55,270 bases of DNA from assembly GCA_016196465.1 (NCBI GenBank), contig JACPXR010000035.1:1-55270 (forward strand), written 5' to 3'. A program made the position numbers and the translations under genes. Within the stretch, counting starts at the first letter, position 1. Every line of letters starts with the position of its first letter. The notes beneath the pieces were generated by a model. It ran no database searches. It was not told the origin of the DNA and saw nothing but the letters and a program-made list of their open reading frames with translations. This document shows, in pieces, positions 28,301-37,445 of the stretch. The stretch comes from Candidatus Omnitrophota bacterium. GTDB lineage: Bacteria; Omnitrophota; Gorgyraeia; 1-14-0-20-64-10.

Positions 28301-29847
28301 CCCCGCCGCCGCACCACGACATCTATTCGATCGAGGACCTGGCCCAGCTCATTTACGATCTCAAGATGGCGAACAGTCAGGCCGGGGTCTGCGTGAAGCT
28401 GGTGTCGGAGGCGGGGGTGGGGACGATCGCGGCTGGCGTCGCCAAGGGGTACGCGGATGTGGTCCACATCGCCGGGCACGACGGCGGCACCGGAGCCAGC
28501 CCCATCTCCTCGATCAAGAACGCCGGCTCCCCCTGGGAGCTGGGGGTGGCCGAGACCCAGCAGGTCCTCGTGATGAACGACCTTCGCCGCCGGATCACCG
28601 TCCGGACCGACGGAGGATTGAAGACCGGCCGGGACATCGTCACGGCGGCCCTTCTGGGGGCCGAGGAGTACAACTTCGGCACCGCCGCTCTCGTCGCGGC
28701 CGGTTGCTGCATGGTCCGGCAGTGCCACCTCAATACCTGCCCGGTGGGCGTGGCCACCCAGGACCCCAAGCTGCGCCTGAAATTCAATTCGCCGCCGGAC
28801 CTGGTGGTGAACTTCTTCACCTTCATCGCGCGGGAGGTGCGGGAGACGCTTGCCCGGCTCGGTTTCCGCTCGCTCGATGAGGTGGTGGGCCGGGTGGACC
28901 TGATCAAGGTCAAGCCCTCCGCCTCCCAGGACCCCAAGTGGGGTTCCATCGACTGGTCAGCGATCCTCACCGATCCGGATCCCTCCGGCAAAAGCCCGAA
29001 GCGCTGCCTCATCGCCCGCAACGACCGCGAGGATACCCCCTTGGATGAGCAGATTCTCAAAGAGGCGGTTCCGGCCCTGGAAGGGCGGGGGCGGGTGGTC
29101 CTCCGTTACCCAGTGAAAAACCATCAACGTTCCATCGGCACCCGGCTTTCTCATGAGATCGCCCTCCGGTACGGCGATGCCGGACTGCCGGGCGGGGCCG
29201 CGATCGAGGTTCAGCTCGCCGGATCGGCCGGCCAGTCGTTCGGGGCCTTCTTGATCCACGGGGTGCGCCTGGCCTTGACCGGCGACGCCAACGACTACGT
29301 GGGCAAGGGAATGCACGGCGGAGAGATCGTCATCAAGCCGAACCCCCGCGTCCCGGCCAGGGCCGAGGAGCTGGTTTTGGCCGGCAACACGGTCCTCTAC
29401 GGAGCGACCGGCGGCACCCTCTATGTGAACGGTCTGGCCGGCGAGCGGTTCTGCGTGCGCAACTCCGGCGGCGAGGCCCTCGTCGAAGGAATCGGCGACC
29501 ACGGCTGCGAGTACATGACCGGGGGTGTGGCCGTGATCTTAGGGTCCACGGGACGCAACTTCGGCGCCGGCATGACAGGCGGCGTTGCCTTCGTCTGGGA
29601 CCCGGCGGAGCTCTTCCCCAAGGCGTACAACCCGGCCCTCGTTGAGCTTCACCGGGTGGAAGACCTTGAGGATCAGGATCTCTTGAAGTCGATGGTCCTC
29701 CGCCACGCGGAGCTGACCGGCTCGGCCCGGGCGAAGGAGATTCTCTCCAGCTGGGAGGGAGCGGTCTCCCAGTTCTGGAAGGTGTCGCCCAAGAAGGAGG
29801 TTGTCAAGCTGGAGGCGGCCGTCGGCGCCCCTCAGGCGCAGAAGTAA
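25315..29847 (+). CDS. gltB: glutamate synthase large subunit (no gltD follows it, so possibly a ferredoxin-dependent type)
   Basis: 1510 aa. Ntn amidotransferase start FEKDSCGVGFVA, FMN/Fe-S central domain, GXGXG-repeat C-terminal beta-helix (GDANDYVGKGMHGGEI, GIGDHGCEYMTGG). Confidence 0.95.
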   Translation: MERKIDLTKTLWRPEFEKDSCGVGFVADVSGKPSHRVLRMGIQGVCCVTHRGAVSADAKTGDGAGVLTQIPRKLFARELARLGHPKASVQDLAVGVFFLPQDPSSRIAAKGIVDRILREQGLTLYGWREVPVNPDVLGEKALSTLPAIQQLLVGRGTVPGTDFERRLYYTRRLIEKAFAQARLSDCYIPSFSSRTIVYKGLFVAPQLSSFYEDLTDPAFETAIALFHQRYSTNTFPNWILAQPFRHLGHNGEINTLLGNRNWMRAREPELKSPVWGEKIQDLIPVIQPGGSDSAMLDNVLELLTASGYSILHAMTMLVPEAWQNMPGMDQKLKSFYEFQACLTEPWDGPAALAFSDGVVVGAALDRNGLRPARYKVTRDGLVVLGSEVGIVDLDDGQVIESGRLGPGQMLAVDTARKKLLRDQEIKHELASDKPYAAWLHERMLRAHLLNLNEGKLPVSVPGTRFDPLIRQLKASGFTQEDLQFIVKSMAETGKEPVGSMGDDAPLAILSRKPRIIATYFKQLFAQVTNPAIDPLRERLVMSLNTGLGARGSMLEETAEHAKWIKFASPVLTEPELEWLSELTDPAFRSIRLPALFPAQAGPQGLRRAVQRLCETAAAAVDAGHSILILTDQGIDAQRAAIPMPMAAGAVHHSLIRQGKRMRSSIVCETAQVWDMHHFSLLIGYGAAAIHPYGIFRAIAWMHASGLFKGVTLDQAFANYKKAVEDGILKIMSKMGISTVASYRGGQIFEAIGLNEEVVETCFTGTVSRIGGVGFELIAKDVLALHASAYQGQSPSGTVPAQLDPGGFYRFRRDGEAHAFNPQVLDALHTAVHTNEWSDYLKYAEFVNGREPICLRDLWEFSSDRKPVPVEEVEPVEAIRRRFCTAGMSYGALSKETHECLAVALNRIGGKSNSGEGGEDPVRFKPFPNGDSANSAIKQVASGRFGVTPAYLASARELEIKIAQGSKPGEGGQLPGHKVSEEIARVRHSVPGVTLISPPPHHDIYSIEDLAQLIYDLKMANSQAGVCVKLVSEAGVGTIAAGVAKGYADVVHIAGHDGGTGASPISSIKNAGSPWELGVAETQQVLVMNDLRRRITVRTDGGLKTGRDIVTAALLGAEEYNFGTAALVAAGCCMVRQCHLNTCPVGVATQDPKLRLKFNSPPDLVVNFFTFIAREVRETLARLGFRSLDEVVGRVDLIKVKPSASQDPKWGSIDWSAILTDPDPSGKSPKRCLIARNDREDTPLDEQILKEAVPALEGRGRVVLRYPVKNHQRSIGTRLSHEIALRYGDAGLPGGAAIEVQLAGSAGQSFGAFLIHGVRLALTGDANDYVGKGMHGGEIVIKPNPRVPARAEELVLAGNTVLYGATGGTLYVNGLAGERFCVRNSGGEALVEGIGDHGCEYMTGGVAVILGSTGRNFGAGMTGGVAFVWDPAELFPKAYNPALVELHRVEDLEDQDLLKSMVLRHAELTGSARAKEILSSWEGAVSQFWKVSPKKEVVKLEAAVGAPQAQK

Positions 29848-29873
29848 GCTGTCATTGCGAGCGAACGGAGCGA

Positions 29874-29904
29874 GCGAAGCAATCTGGATTGCTTCGCCAT
29901 TTTT
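29874..29904 (+). terminator. rho-independent terminator after gltB
   Basis: GCGAAGCAATC (29874-29884) pairs perfectly with GATTGCTTCGC (29887-29897), followed by CATTTTT. Confidence 0.7.
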
Positions 29905-29925
29905 CACCCAACTAGAGGAACCGTT

Positions 29926-32900
29926 TTGAAAAGAACTCGTCTCTGCTCATCTCTGCTTATCTTGGCCCTTGCTTTAAGCGGCACTCCCTCTGCCTTTGCC
30001 TTGCGCCCTCATGCCGACACCGCCGGCCTCGAGGAGAAACTCGCCCCCGCTCGCCCTTCGACAGGCTCAGGGCGAGATTCCCGCACCGGACTGGAGGAGC
30101 TTCCCTTCTGGCCGGGGGCGGCCGAGGTGGAGCCCTGGGGAGGCCCCGGCTTCATGCCGGTCCTCTTTACGAATGGAGAAGGCACCTTTGAGGTATCCGC
30201 CCATCTGTGGGATCTTCCTGTTCCGGCAGAACTGACCGCGGAGGAGAAGCGGACGGTCTACGGTCCCTGGATTTCTGACTCTCCAGAGAACCAGCGCGTT
30301 GGAGACCGTCCATTGAAGGATGCCCCCCCTCAAGTTCGCCTTGACATCGAGAAGCTTCTTCGCAGAGAGGTGGCTCAAACCCTTCACGCCCGCTACCGGC
30401 TACCCGGGGGAAACGGCGCCCTTGGAAAGGAGATGCAGGTGAAGATGGCTCTTCACAGCGTTCGCGTCTACATGCCCGGCGGGAATATCCGTTCCGGCCA
30501 GCCGAAGATGGAAGTCCTCTACAAGGCGGAAATCTCCGCCAGGGATCCTGTGGATTCCGCTTTTACGGTCCAGATCGCTTCGCCTGGCGGGAGGCAGTTT
30601 CGTCTGGGGCACAAGGGATGGATCCGGATCCAGCGGTGGAAGAGGGAGCTGAAGATGAAGCAGGCGATCCAGCCGGACGGGAAGGTGGTCCACGTGGTCC
30701 AGGTCCCCTCTTCGAGGGATGGATGGGTCCAGCGCAGGCCCCATGAGGATACCGGAACGGTGATTGAGCGGTTGGTCCATGAGGCCGCGGACCGGGCCCA
30801 GCCGGGCCAGAGGACCGTTCTGGCGGCGGACGTGGGCAGGGGGGCCGGGGCGACGGAAGGGAACGCCGACATTGTCGATCCGGAGGAAGTCTTGGATCTT
30901 TTGCCTGCCGAAGGAGGCAGCCGGGGGATCGACTGGATACACCTCTCTGAGCAAGGGATTTGGGCGGGTGTGCGCGGCCACCGGAGGGCTGAAATCGTCT
31001 TTGAAGGGACCCAAGAAAACGCCGAGGCCCTTATTCAAAACGCCAAACAGTTCCTGGAGGAGTTCCGGGGAGATTTTCCTCACTACAACGCTTGGATCGT
31101 TGTCCGGGAGGAGGGGACGGTACGCTTGGTGATCGTCCCGCGCAATTTCGGATGGTCGGACCAGGTGCTGTACATGGTTGATCTTGAATTTGACCGGCGC
31201 CGGTATCGCTTGGTGACCCGCGAGGAGGCAGACCGCTTCGGATGGCTCCATCTGGCTCCCGCGGGGAGCAGCGATTTTGTCATTCCGCCGGGCCGGCCGG
31301 TTCTCCCTTTTGCCGTGGACGCCCTCGCCCTGTACGGTTTTGTTCAAGCGCGCGATCCGGCGCATTACAACGACTGGTATTTGAAGCCCAGAATCGACAA
31401 GGGGCTTGAGCTGGCCGGCCTTCCCCGAAGCGATTCGAGGATTCAAGCCATGCTGAAGTGGATGAGGGATCATTCCGGGAAAGATCCCAAGAGGCAGGCG
31501 AGACGGGAGATCCTCAAGGCGTTCAATCTCCTCCGGAATGCCGATACCCCGGATGATCTTATTCGGCTGATCAAGGCAATCCAGGCGATGCGGCCCCGGC
31601 ATGAGGAGGCGTTTAAAGGCCTTCCCCCCCGGCTGCGGGACCGGTTTACCAGAGAACTCTGGAAGAAGATAGCGGAGTTTTCGAGGAGCCATCCCCAGCG
31701 GGTTCGGATTGAGATTTCCGCCTTGGGGGCTCCGGTGAAGCGTCACCAGAACGGAGAGCTCCCGGTGGTGGTGGGGGTCGGAGCCCCTGTCCTGGATTTG
31801 ATCGAGACGGTCGAGCAGGATACCCTCGTCGTCCGCCCCAAAGCGGGGGGCTCCCCCTTCCACATCGTTCAGACGGTCAGCGCTTTGAATGAGGTTCCCG
31901 TGGAATTGGTGGCGATGTTGGGCGGTGAGACGGGGAGACTGGTTTTTCAGGCGCTCGACGCCCAGGGGATACCGGTGACCCGGGTGGAAGGCCCTCCCCA
32001 ATGGGAGAACCGGGCGAGCGACATGGTGCCTCGTCCCGCCGCCTTGGGGTATCAAGGAGAGATCCGGCTGGTGGGCACCGGCTCTGACCCGTCGCTTGGG
32101 ATCCAGGATGTCCGGAGGATCTGGAAGGCGGTGCGGGAGAGGTTGGCTGGCAAAAAGGGCGTCGTCATCTACGGCGAGCGGATTGCGGGAAGTCGCAATC
32201 AGCAAAGGGCGGTCGCTGAGACGGTCAAGGAGGAGATGGAAAAGACGCTTCAAGAGGGACACCGGATCTGCGTTTCGTACAACGCCTCCTGGTCCGGAGA
32301 GATTGCGCGGATTCTGCTGGGTTCCGGCGCCTGGGGCGTTTTCCTGGATCTGGGGGCCCTCGCCAGCGCGGCCGGAAGTTTCGTGGAGGACCGAGAATTT
32401 CTGAGGCATATGCCCCCTTTTGTTCAGGAGAATCCGGAGCTTCTTACCGACCCCAATTTCCTTCGGGAGTATCAGGAGGAAGCGGCGCTCTTGGCCCACG
32501 CGATCCGCCTGAAACAGGACGTGAAATGGGGGCTCGTTTCTTTGGGCGCGCCCGGCTTGGTGCTGGTGCCGGGTGATGAATGGCGGCAGGGACGGCCCTC
32601 CGTCCTTCTGGGGTTTTCTTACTACCGAAGCGGCGCGGCGGATGGCGCTTTTGGGGGACTGCTGGAGGTGATGCTTCGGGAGCCGGGTCCTTCCAGCGCT
32701 CCGGCGCTTCAGGCGCTCGAGACGGCGACCACCTCTGCCGGAATTTACTCCAAGCGTCCCCCGGCCCTGCGGGGAGTCCCACCGACCGCCGATGAGATCC
32801 GGCAGGCCCCTCTTCCTGACGTGCGGGTCATTTTGCCGCCGCTCTCCGTCCGGGAGGAGGCCTATGCAAGTGAGGAGGCGAGGTTGGATTTGGAAGAAGC

Positions 32901-33339
32901 CGGCGGCCCTCCCCATCGGTTTTTTCAGGAGATTTTCAGGCATCTTGCCTCTTTTCCAGGCAACAACGATTCCGAGGGGCGGCTCGCTCCCTGGTGGAGG
33001 GCTTTAGGCCAGATGCGGTTGGGAGAGATCTTTGAGAACAGAGTGGGAAGTGCCGGAGGTCGCCTGATGCTTCTGCGGGCCCTTGCCGAGTTGCCCCAGC
33101 CTCCCGGTGGATCACTCCCTGCCCAAGAGGGAGAGGATCTTTCTGCTCGGCGCCTGCACCATCAGCAATGGAGGGAATCTCCCCAGGGCGTCTATTGGTT
33201 GATGACACGGTTGGTCCATCAATTTGAAGATCCGCTTCGGAGAGAGATTCGCTTCCTGACCGGGCTGGAGGGGAGGGGGGCAATGGTTGAGTGGGAGGAT
33301 TGGATCCGAAACGCGGGGAAACTGGAGAGAAATCTCTAA
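29926..33339 (+). CDS. secreted GLEE-motif protein B: signal peptide, double-GLEE leader, unknown N-terminal modules, PfkB/ribokinase-like module, GLEG + 21-aa tail
   Basis: TTG 29926 lies 6 nt after AGAGGAA and gives MKRTRLCSSLLILALALSGTPSAFA (signal peptide). GLEE at 30022-30036 and 30085-30099; GLEG at 33259-33273. PfkB-like KAGGSPFHIVQTVSAL...SGAADGAFGGLLE. Confidence 0.75.
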   Translation: MKRTRLCSSLLILALALSGTPSAFALRPHADTAGLEEKLAPARPSTGSGRDSRTGLEELPFWPGAAEVEPWGGPGFMPVLFTNGEGTFEVSAHLWDLPVPAELTAEEKRTVYGPWISDSPENQRVGDRPLKDAPPQVRLDIEKLLRREVAQTLHARYRLPGGNGALGKEMQVKMALHSVRVYMPGGNIRSGQPKMEVLYKAEISARDPVDSAFTVQIASPGGRQFRLGHKGWIRIQRWKRELKMKQAIQPDGKVVHVVQVPSSRDGWVQRRPHEDTGTVIERLVHEAADRAQPGQRTVLAADVGRGAGATEGNADIVDPEEVLDLLPAEGGSRGIDWIHLSEQGIWAGVRGHRRAEIVFEGTQENAEALIQNAKQFLEEFRGDFPHYNAWIVVREEGTVRLVIVPRNFGWSDQVLYMVDLEFDRRRYRLVTREEADRFGWLHLAPAGSSDFVIPPGRPVLPFAVDALALYGFVQARDPAHYNDWYLKPRIDKGLELAGLPRSDSRIQAMLKWMRDHSGKDPKRQARREILKAFNLLRNADTPDDLIRLIKAIQAMRPRHEEAFKGLPPRLRDRFTRELWKKIAEFSRSHPQRVRIEISALGAPVKRHQNGELPVVVGVGAPVLDLIETVEQDTLVVRPKAGGSPFHIVQTVSALNEVPVELVAMLGGETGRLVFQALDAQGIPVTRVEGPPQWENRASDMVPRPAALGYQGEIRLVGTGSDPSLGIQDVRRIWKAVRERLAGKKGVVIYGERIAGSRNQQRAVAETVKEEMEKTLQEGHRICVSYNASWSGEIARILLGSGAWGVFLDLGALASAAGSFVEDREFLRHMPPFVQENPELLTDPNFLREYQEEAALLAHAIRLKQDVKWGLVSLGAPGLVLVPGDEWRQGRPSVLLGFSYYRSGAADGAFGGLLEVMLREPGPSSAPALQALETATTSAGIYSKRPPALRGVPPTADEIRQAPLPDVRVILPPLSVREEAYASEEARLDLEEAGGPPHRFFQEIFRHLASFPGNNDSEGRLAPWWRALGQMRLGEIFENRVGSAGGRLMLLRALAELPQPPGGSLPAQEGEDLSARRLHHQQWRESPQGVYWLMTRLVHQFEDPLRREIRFLTGLEGRGAMVEWEDWIRNAGKLERNL

Positions 33340-34268
33340 AGGCCCCGGCGGTCCACCACCCAGCGGTTGCCCCCCTGCAGCTTGGCCCACTCCTTCAGCT
33401 CCGCCCCGATCTGGGCCACTTCGGCGACGTGCTTGATCTTGCGCTGGGTGTTGGTGACGACGGAGATGGAGATCGTCGTGGTTGGAAAGCGCTTGACCTG
33501 GCCGTCCCGGTCGTGGCCCACGATGAAACCCCGCTTCCGGTCGGCCTCGTCGTAGAGCCGGGGGGCGGCCTCAGCGAATTCGCTCACAATCCGCCGGCAG
33601 ATCCCTTCCACCGCCCTTGGGACGGTCAGCATCACGAAATCGTCCCCGCCGATGTGCCCCAGGAAATCCTCAGGGGTTCCCAGCTCCCGCATCGCCAAGA
33701 GGAGGATCCTCGCCGTCGATTTAAGCATTTCGTCCCCCCGTTCAAAGCCGTACGTGTCGTTGAAGGCCTTGAACTTGTCGAGGTCGATGTAGCAGGAAGC
33801 GAGGGGTTTACCCGAGTCGAGGCGGCCTTGAAGCTCCTCCAGGATGGAGACGTTGCCGGGGAGTTTGGTGAGGGGGTTGGCATCCAGCGCCCGGAGGGTC
33901 CGCCGAAGGATCATCCGGACGCGGGCGACGAGCTCCGTTGGCTCGAAGGGCTTGACCACGTAGTCATCGGCGCCGGCGTCGATCCCCTGGACCTTGTCCA
34001 TCACCTCTCCCTTGGAAGTGAGCATGATGATCGGCAGGTGCTGAAGGAGGATGTCCTTCTTGAGGACCTGAGCGACCTGGAGGCCGTTCATCCGGGGCAT
34101 CATGAAGTCGAGGAGGATCAGGTTCGGCGTCGACCGCCGGACGTAGGCGAGGGCCTCTTCGCCGTTGACCGCCTCCTGGATCTCGTAGCCCTCCGGCTCC
34201 AGGGTGAGGCGCAGGACGTCCCGGATGTCCGCTTCATCGTCGACAATGAGGATCCGCTCCCTGCTCAT
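33336..34268 (-). CDS. response regulator receiver + GGDEF-type domain (GGDDF variant)
   Basis: ILIVDDEADIRDVL receiver. DLDKFKAFNDTYGFERGD and HIGGDDFVML in the GGDEF fold. 310 aa. Confidence 0.85.
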   Translation of the reverse strand: MSRERILIVDDEADIRDVLRLTLEPEGYEIQEAVNGEEALAYVRRSTPNLILLDFMMPRMNGLQVAQVLKKDILLQHLPIIMLTSKGEVMDKVQGIDAGADDYVVKPFEPTELVARVRMILRRTLRALDANPLTKLPGNVSILEELQGRLDSGKPLASCYIDLDKFKAFNDTYGFERGDEMLKSTARILLLAMRELGTPEDFLGHIGGDDFVMLTVPRAVEGICRRIVSEFAEAAPRLYDEADRKRGFIVGHDRDGQVKRFPTTTISISVVTNTQRKIKHVAEVAQIGAELKEWAKLQGGNRWVVDRRGL

Positions 34269-34636
34269 CCGGCCTTTAACGTCTGGGCGACGGCTGCCAA
34301 GAGATCTTCCGGCTCGAAGGGCTTGGCGATCCAGCGGTTCACCTGGAGCTGTTGAAAACGCTCCCTCAGTTCGGAGATCACCTGGGTCGCGGTGACGACG
34401 ATGATAGGTGTCTTCTTCAGCTCCGGGTCCGCCTTGAGCTTTTCGATCACCTGAAGGCCGTCCATCCCAGGCATCTTGATGTCCAGAATCACCGCTTGGG
34501 GCCGGTTCCGGCGGATCGATTCCAGGGCCTCCTCCCCGTCGTAGGCGCTGAGGGTGGAGTAGCCCTCCCCCCGGAGGAGCTCGCTGATGATCTCCACGAT
34601 GTCCCGCTCATCGTCCACCACGAGGATCAACTTCAT
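34265..34636 (-). CDS. CheY-like response regulator (receiver only)
   Basis: MKLILVVDDERDIVEII...ILDIKMPGMDG...KP. 123 aa. Confidence 0.88.
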   Translation of the reverse strand: MKLILVVDDERDIVEIISELLRGEGYSTLSAYDGEEALESIRRNRPQAVILDIKMPGMDGLQVIEKLKADPELKKTPIIVVTATQVISELRERFQQLQVNRWIAKPFEPEDLLAAVAQTLKAG

Positions 34637-34637
34637 T

Positions 34638-36221
34638 TTATGGCACTCCCGCCGCCGCTTGGGCGACCGGCTGCCAGGGAAGGGTGAAGCTGAAGGTCGA
34701 CCCTTTGCCCACTTGGGAGGTGACCCGGATCTGCCCCCCGTGGGCTTCGACGATCCGCTTGACGAGGATGAGCCCCAGTCCGGTTCCCTTCCGTTCCCGG
34801 TTGATCGGGTTGTCCGCCCGGAAGAATTCGGTGAACAGCTTCGAAAGGTCCTCAGGGGGGATGCCGATGCCGGTGTCGATGACCTCGATTTGAAGGAGAT
34901 CCGGTTTGCGGGTCCCCCGGACCGTGATGAGCCCCTTCTGGGGGGTGAAGCGAATGGCGTTGGAGAGGAGGTTCACGAGGACCCGCTGGAGGCGGCTTTC
35001 ATCGGCCCGGATGTTGGGGAGATTCTGCGGGAGATCCACCTTCAGGGTGAGGTCCTTCTCCTTCAACTGGGGCCCGAGGAGGTCCGCCACGTTGTCCAGG
35101 AGGCGCGGCAGGGAGATCGGCTGAATCGTCATCCCCACCCGGCCCGACTCGATCCTGGCGATGTCCAGAAGGTCCGAGATGAGGTTGGAGAGGTAATCGG
35201 TGTGGCGGTTGATCTTCTCCAGGCGCTCGGACTGCTCCCGGCTGACCGGCCCGAGTCTCCCCCCCCGGACGAGGGCCGTGTACCCCTTGATCGAGGTGAG
35301 CGGGGTCCGCAGCTCGTGGGAGACCGCGGAGACGAAGTCGGATTTCATCTTGTTCAGGCGCACCAGCTCCTCGTTCGCCTTGGCCAGTTCCTGGGTGCGG
35401 TCGACGACCCGCTCCTCGAGCTCGTCGTGCGACTGCTTCAGCGCTTCGTAAAGCTGGAGGTTCTCGATGGCGACCCCCACTTCGCTGGCGAGGATCGACA
35501 GGAGTTCGGCGTCACCGGCTTCCAGCCGGGGGTAAGGGGGGTTTGTTCCGGCCAGAAGAAACCCCCGCGGGTGGCCTTCGAGGAGGATCGGGACCGCCGC
35601 CAGAGACTGCACGTCCGCCTGGGAACCGAGGCTTCGGGCGGTTCCTTCCTCCCCTTGAGTCTGGGCGGCGAAGAGGGGCTCACCCCGCTCGAAAACGGTG
35701 GAGCGGAGGGTCCGGATCAGGGAGGGGGCGTCAAGACGCTTCGCCTCCTCCGGCTCGAATCCGGAGTGGCCGATGAAGAGAGGCCTTTCCGCCGCTTCCG
35801 GATCGACGATGCACAGGACCGCCTTCTCGAACCCCAGGGAAGTGACGGCCGCTTCCGCGATCAGCTGAGCCAGCTCCACCACCGAACGGACTGAGAGGAT
35901 TCCCTTGGAGAGCTCATGAAGCGCGTAGAGCCCGGAGACCTTTTTGTCGAGGGCTTCCTGCGTCCGGGTGAGTTCCAGGTCGGTCTGGACGATGATCTTG
36001 GTGTTCTGGTCCAGCTCCTCGCAGACCCGGTTCACCCGGTCGAGCTCCTTCCGGTGGCCGGCGAGCTGCTGGTGGACCATCTCCTGGGTGCTGAGGAAGA
36101 AAACCCCCAACACCAGCATGAAGGCCCCGTAGGCCACCCGCAGGGTGATGAGGTCCGTCAAGGAGATCAGGATCAAAAGAAGGAGACTCGAAAGGAGCGT
36201 CAGCTTCATCGAAAGAGGCAT
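34638..36221 (-). CDS. membrane sensor histidine kinase with GAF domain
   Basis: Two N-terminal TM segments, a GAF-like region, the H-box [14 protein letters not shown], and HATPase N/G boxes ([22 protein letters not shown]). Confidence 0.88.
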   Translation of the reverse strand: MPLSMKLTLLSSLLLLILISLTDLITLRVAYGAFMLVLGVFFLSTQEMVHQQLAGHRKELDRVNRVCEELDQNTKIIVQTDLELTRTQEALDKKVSGLYALHELSKGILSVRSVVELAQLIAEAAVTSLGFEKAVLCIVDPEAAERPLFIGHSGFEPEEAKRLDAPSLIRTLRSTVFERGEPLFAAQTQGEEGTARSLGSQADVQSLAAVPILLEGHPRGFLLAGTNPPYPRLEAGDAELLSILASEVGVAIENLQLYEALKQSHDELEERVVDRTQELAKANEELVRLNKMKSDFVSAVSHELRTPLTSIKGYTALVRGGRLGPVSREQSERLEKINRHTDYLSNLISDLLDIARIESGRVGMTIQPISLPRLLDNVADLLGPQLKEKDLTLKVDLPQNLPNIRADESRLQRVLVNLLSNAIRFTPQKGLITVRGTRKPDLLQIEVIDTGIGIPPEDLSKLFTEFFRADNPINRERKGTGLGLILVKRIVEAHGGQIRVTSQVGKGSTFSFTLPWQPVAQAAAGVP

Positions 36222-36223
36222 CT

Positions 36224-37411
36224 CTAGGAGGCCGCCACCGCGGTGACCACGAGAGATTCGTTGTGGAAGTGGCTGCGCCCCCTGAAGCCGGCGGCGGTGA
36301 GAGGTGCCTGCTCGCCGTAATCGTAGAAGCCGACCAGGGGCACGCTCTTTCCCAGGACCTCCCGGATGGCCGAGACCTCCTCATGGGCCTGGCGCCCGAA
36401 GAGCCGGACCCGGGAGCAGGAGCTGAAGACCAAGGCGAATCTCGGCGAAAGGGGAGCGATGGAGCGGACCGCCAGTTCCGCCGCCCGGCGGGCCGCCTCC
36501 AGGGCCTTGGCCTTGGAGCCCATCATGAGCCGCACCTCAGACCCCTGAGGGATCTCCCCGGCGTACACGAGAGCCCCGCTTCGGTCCACGCGGAGGACGT
36601 TCCTGAGCAGGTACTCCTCCTCGTCGGGAATCGGCATTCCCAGGGGATAAACGATCGACATGTCGGCCAGGGATTCCGAGGCCAGGGAAGAGGCTGCCTG
36701 GCCGAAGTAGGTTTCGTACAGGTTCACGGCGGAGTGTCCGTCGAGCTCCTGAACCACGTTGGCCAGGGCCCGGGTGACCCGCCGGGGCCTGCCCAGCGGC
36801 TGCCAGCCGTGCCGGGCCCCGATTCCGACGGCGATCTCTCCGGCGAGAAGAATTCCAGGGACGGCGTCGGTGTAAACCTGGCCGTTGAAGAATTGGAAGG
36901 TTTTTCTGAAGGCGAAGTCGTCGGCGGCCGAGCCCCCCACGATCGGGAAGCTCAGGCCGAAGATGTCCTGGACCCCCCGGAGAATCTCGGCGCCGTTTCC
37001 CGTGAGGCCATCGGGGAACATGAGAAAGCTGTGCGGATTCGACAGCTGCGCTTTGGCGGCCTGGGTGGCCATCTCCTGCCCTGCCTGACGGGGGTTCTCG
37101 CTGATTCGAATCCCCAGGCCGGTGCTGATCTGCAGGGTCGTGGATCGGATCGTTGCCACCACCACGGAACGGCGGGCGGGGCCTTCCCCTAAGATTTCCC
37201 CGGCCGTTGAGCAACCGGCCAGGGGGGCCTCTTGGGTGATGGAACGGATCCCCTTGAGGAGGGTTTCAGGATCAAACCGGATGGAGGCAAAGACGAGGAC
37301 CAGGTCCGGCGAAGGAGGCCCCATCGATTCGAGGGCTTTGATGGCGGCCTCCTGTCCGGCCCGGAAGGAATCGGGCTGATGGCTGATTCCCACTCCCACC
37401 CACGTGGCCAT
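36224..37411 (-). CDS. FIST (N+C) domain signalling protein
   Basis: 395 aa, layout typical of FIST_N/FIST_C proteins. First gene of the minus-strand operon. Confidence 0.7.
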   Translation of the reverse strand: MATWVGVGISHQPDSFRAGQEAAIKALESMGPPSPDLVLVFASIRFDPETLLKGIRSITQEAPLAGCSTAGEILGEGPARRSVVVATIRSTTLQISTGLGIRISENPRQAGQEMATQAAKAQLSNPHSFLMFPDGLTGNGAEILRGVQDIFGLSFPIVGGSAADDFAFRKTFQFFNGQVYTDAVPGILLAGEIAVGIGARHGWQPLGRPRRVTRALANVVQELDGHSAVNLYETYFGQAASSLASESLADMSIVYPLGMPIPDEEEYLLRNVLRVDRSGALVYAGEIPQGSEVRLMMGSKAKALEAARRAAELAVRSIAPLSPRFALVFSSCSRVRLFGRQAHEEVSAIREVLGKSVPLVGFYDYGEQAPLTAAGFRGRSHFHNESLVVTAVAAS

Positions 37412-37445
37412 TCCGTGTTGAGTATACTATAATATTTCCTCTTAG

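Noticed and set aside
25513-28728. Very long antisense ORFs, including 25513-28728(-) 1071 aa, 32-1885(-) 617 aa, 4114-5664(-) 516 aa, 14978-16483(-) 501 aa, 20244-21800(-) 518 aa, 30400-32943(-) 847 aa, 43169-44452(-) 427 aa, 45645-46820(-) 391 aa, 33291-34355(+) 354 aa and 34587-35894(+) 435 aa
   Set aside because: Each lies opposite a gene with unmistakable family motifs. Their translations are Arg/Pro/Gly-rich, low-complexity and lack recognisable motifs. This is the usual stop-codon-poor shadow frame of GC-rich DNA.
29851-29884. GTCATTGCGAGCGAACGGAGCGAGCGAAGCAATC after gltB as a mobile or dispersed repeat element
   Set aside because: Only one copy is present in the window, and just its distal part takes part in the terminator stem. 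Without the rest of the genome, a repeat family cannot be supported.
29845-29928. GLEE gene B is in the same reading frame as gltB (a TAA and 26 sense codons lie between them), suggesting stop-codon read-through or a split gene
   Set aside because: The interval contains a strong terminator hairpin with a T-tract. Gene B has its own SD and TTG start, and it begins with a signal peptide, which would be meaningless inside a GltB fusion.
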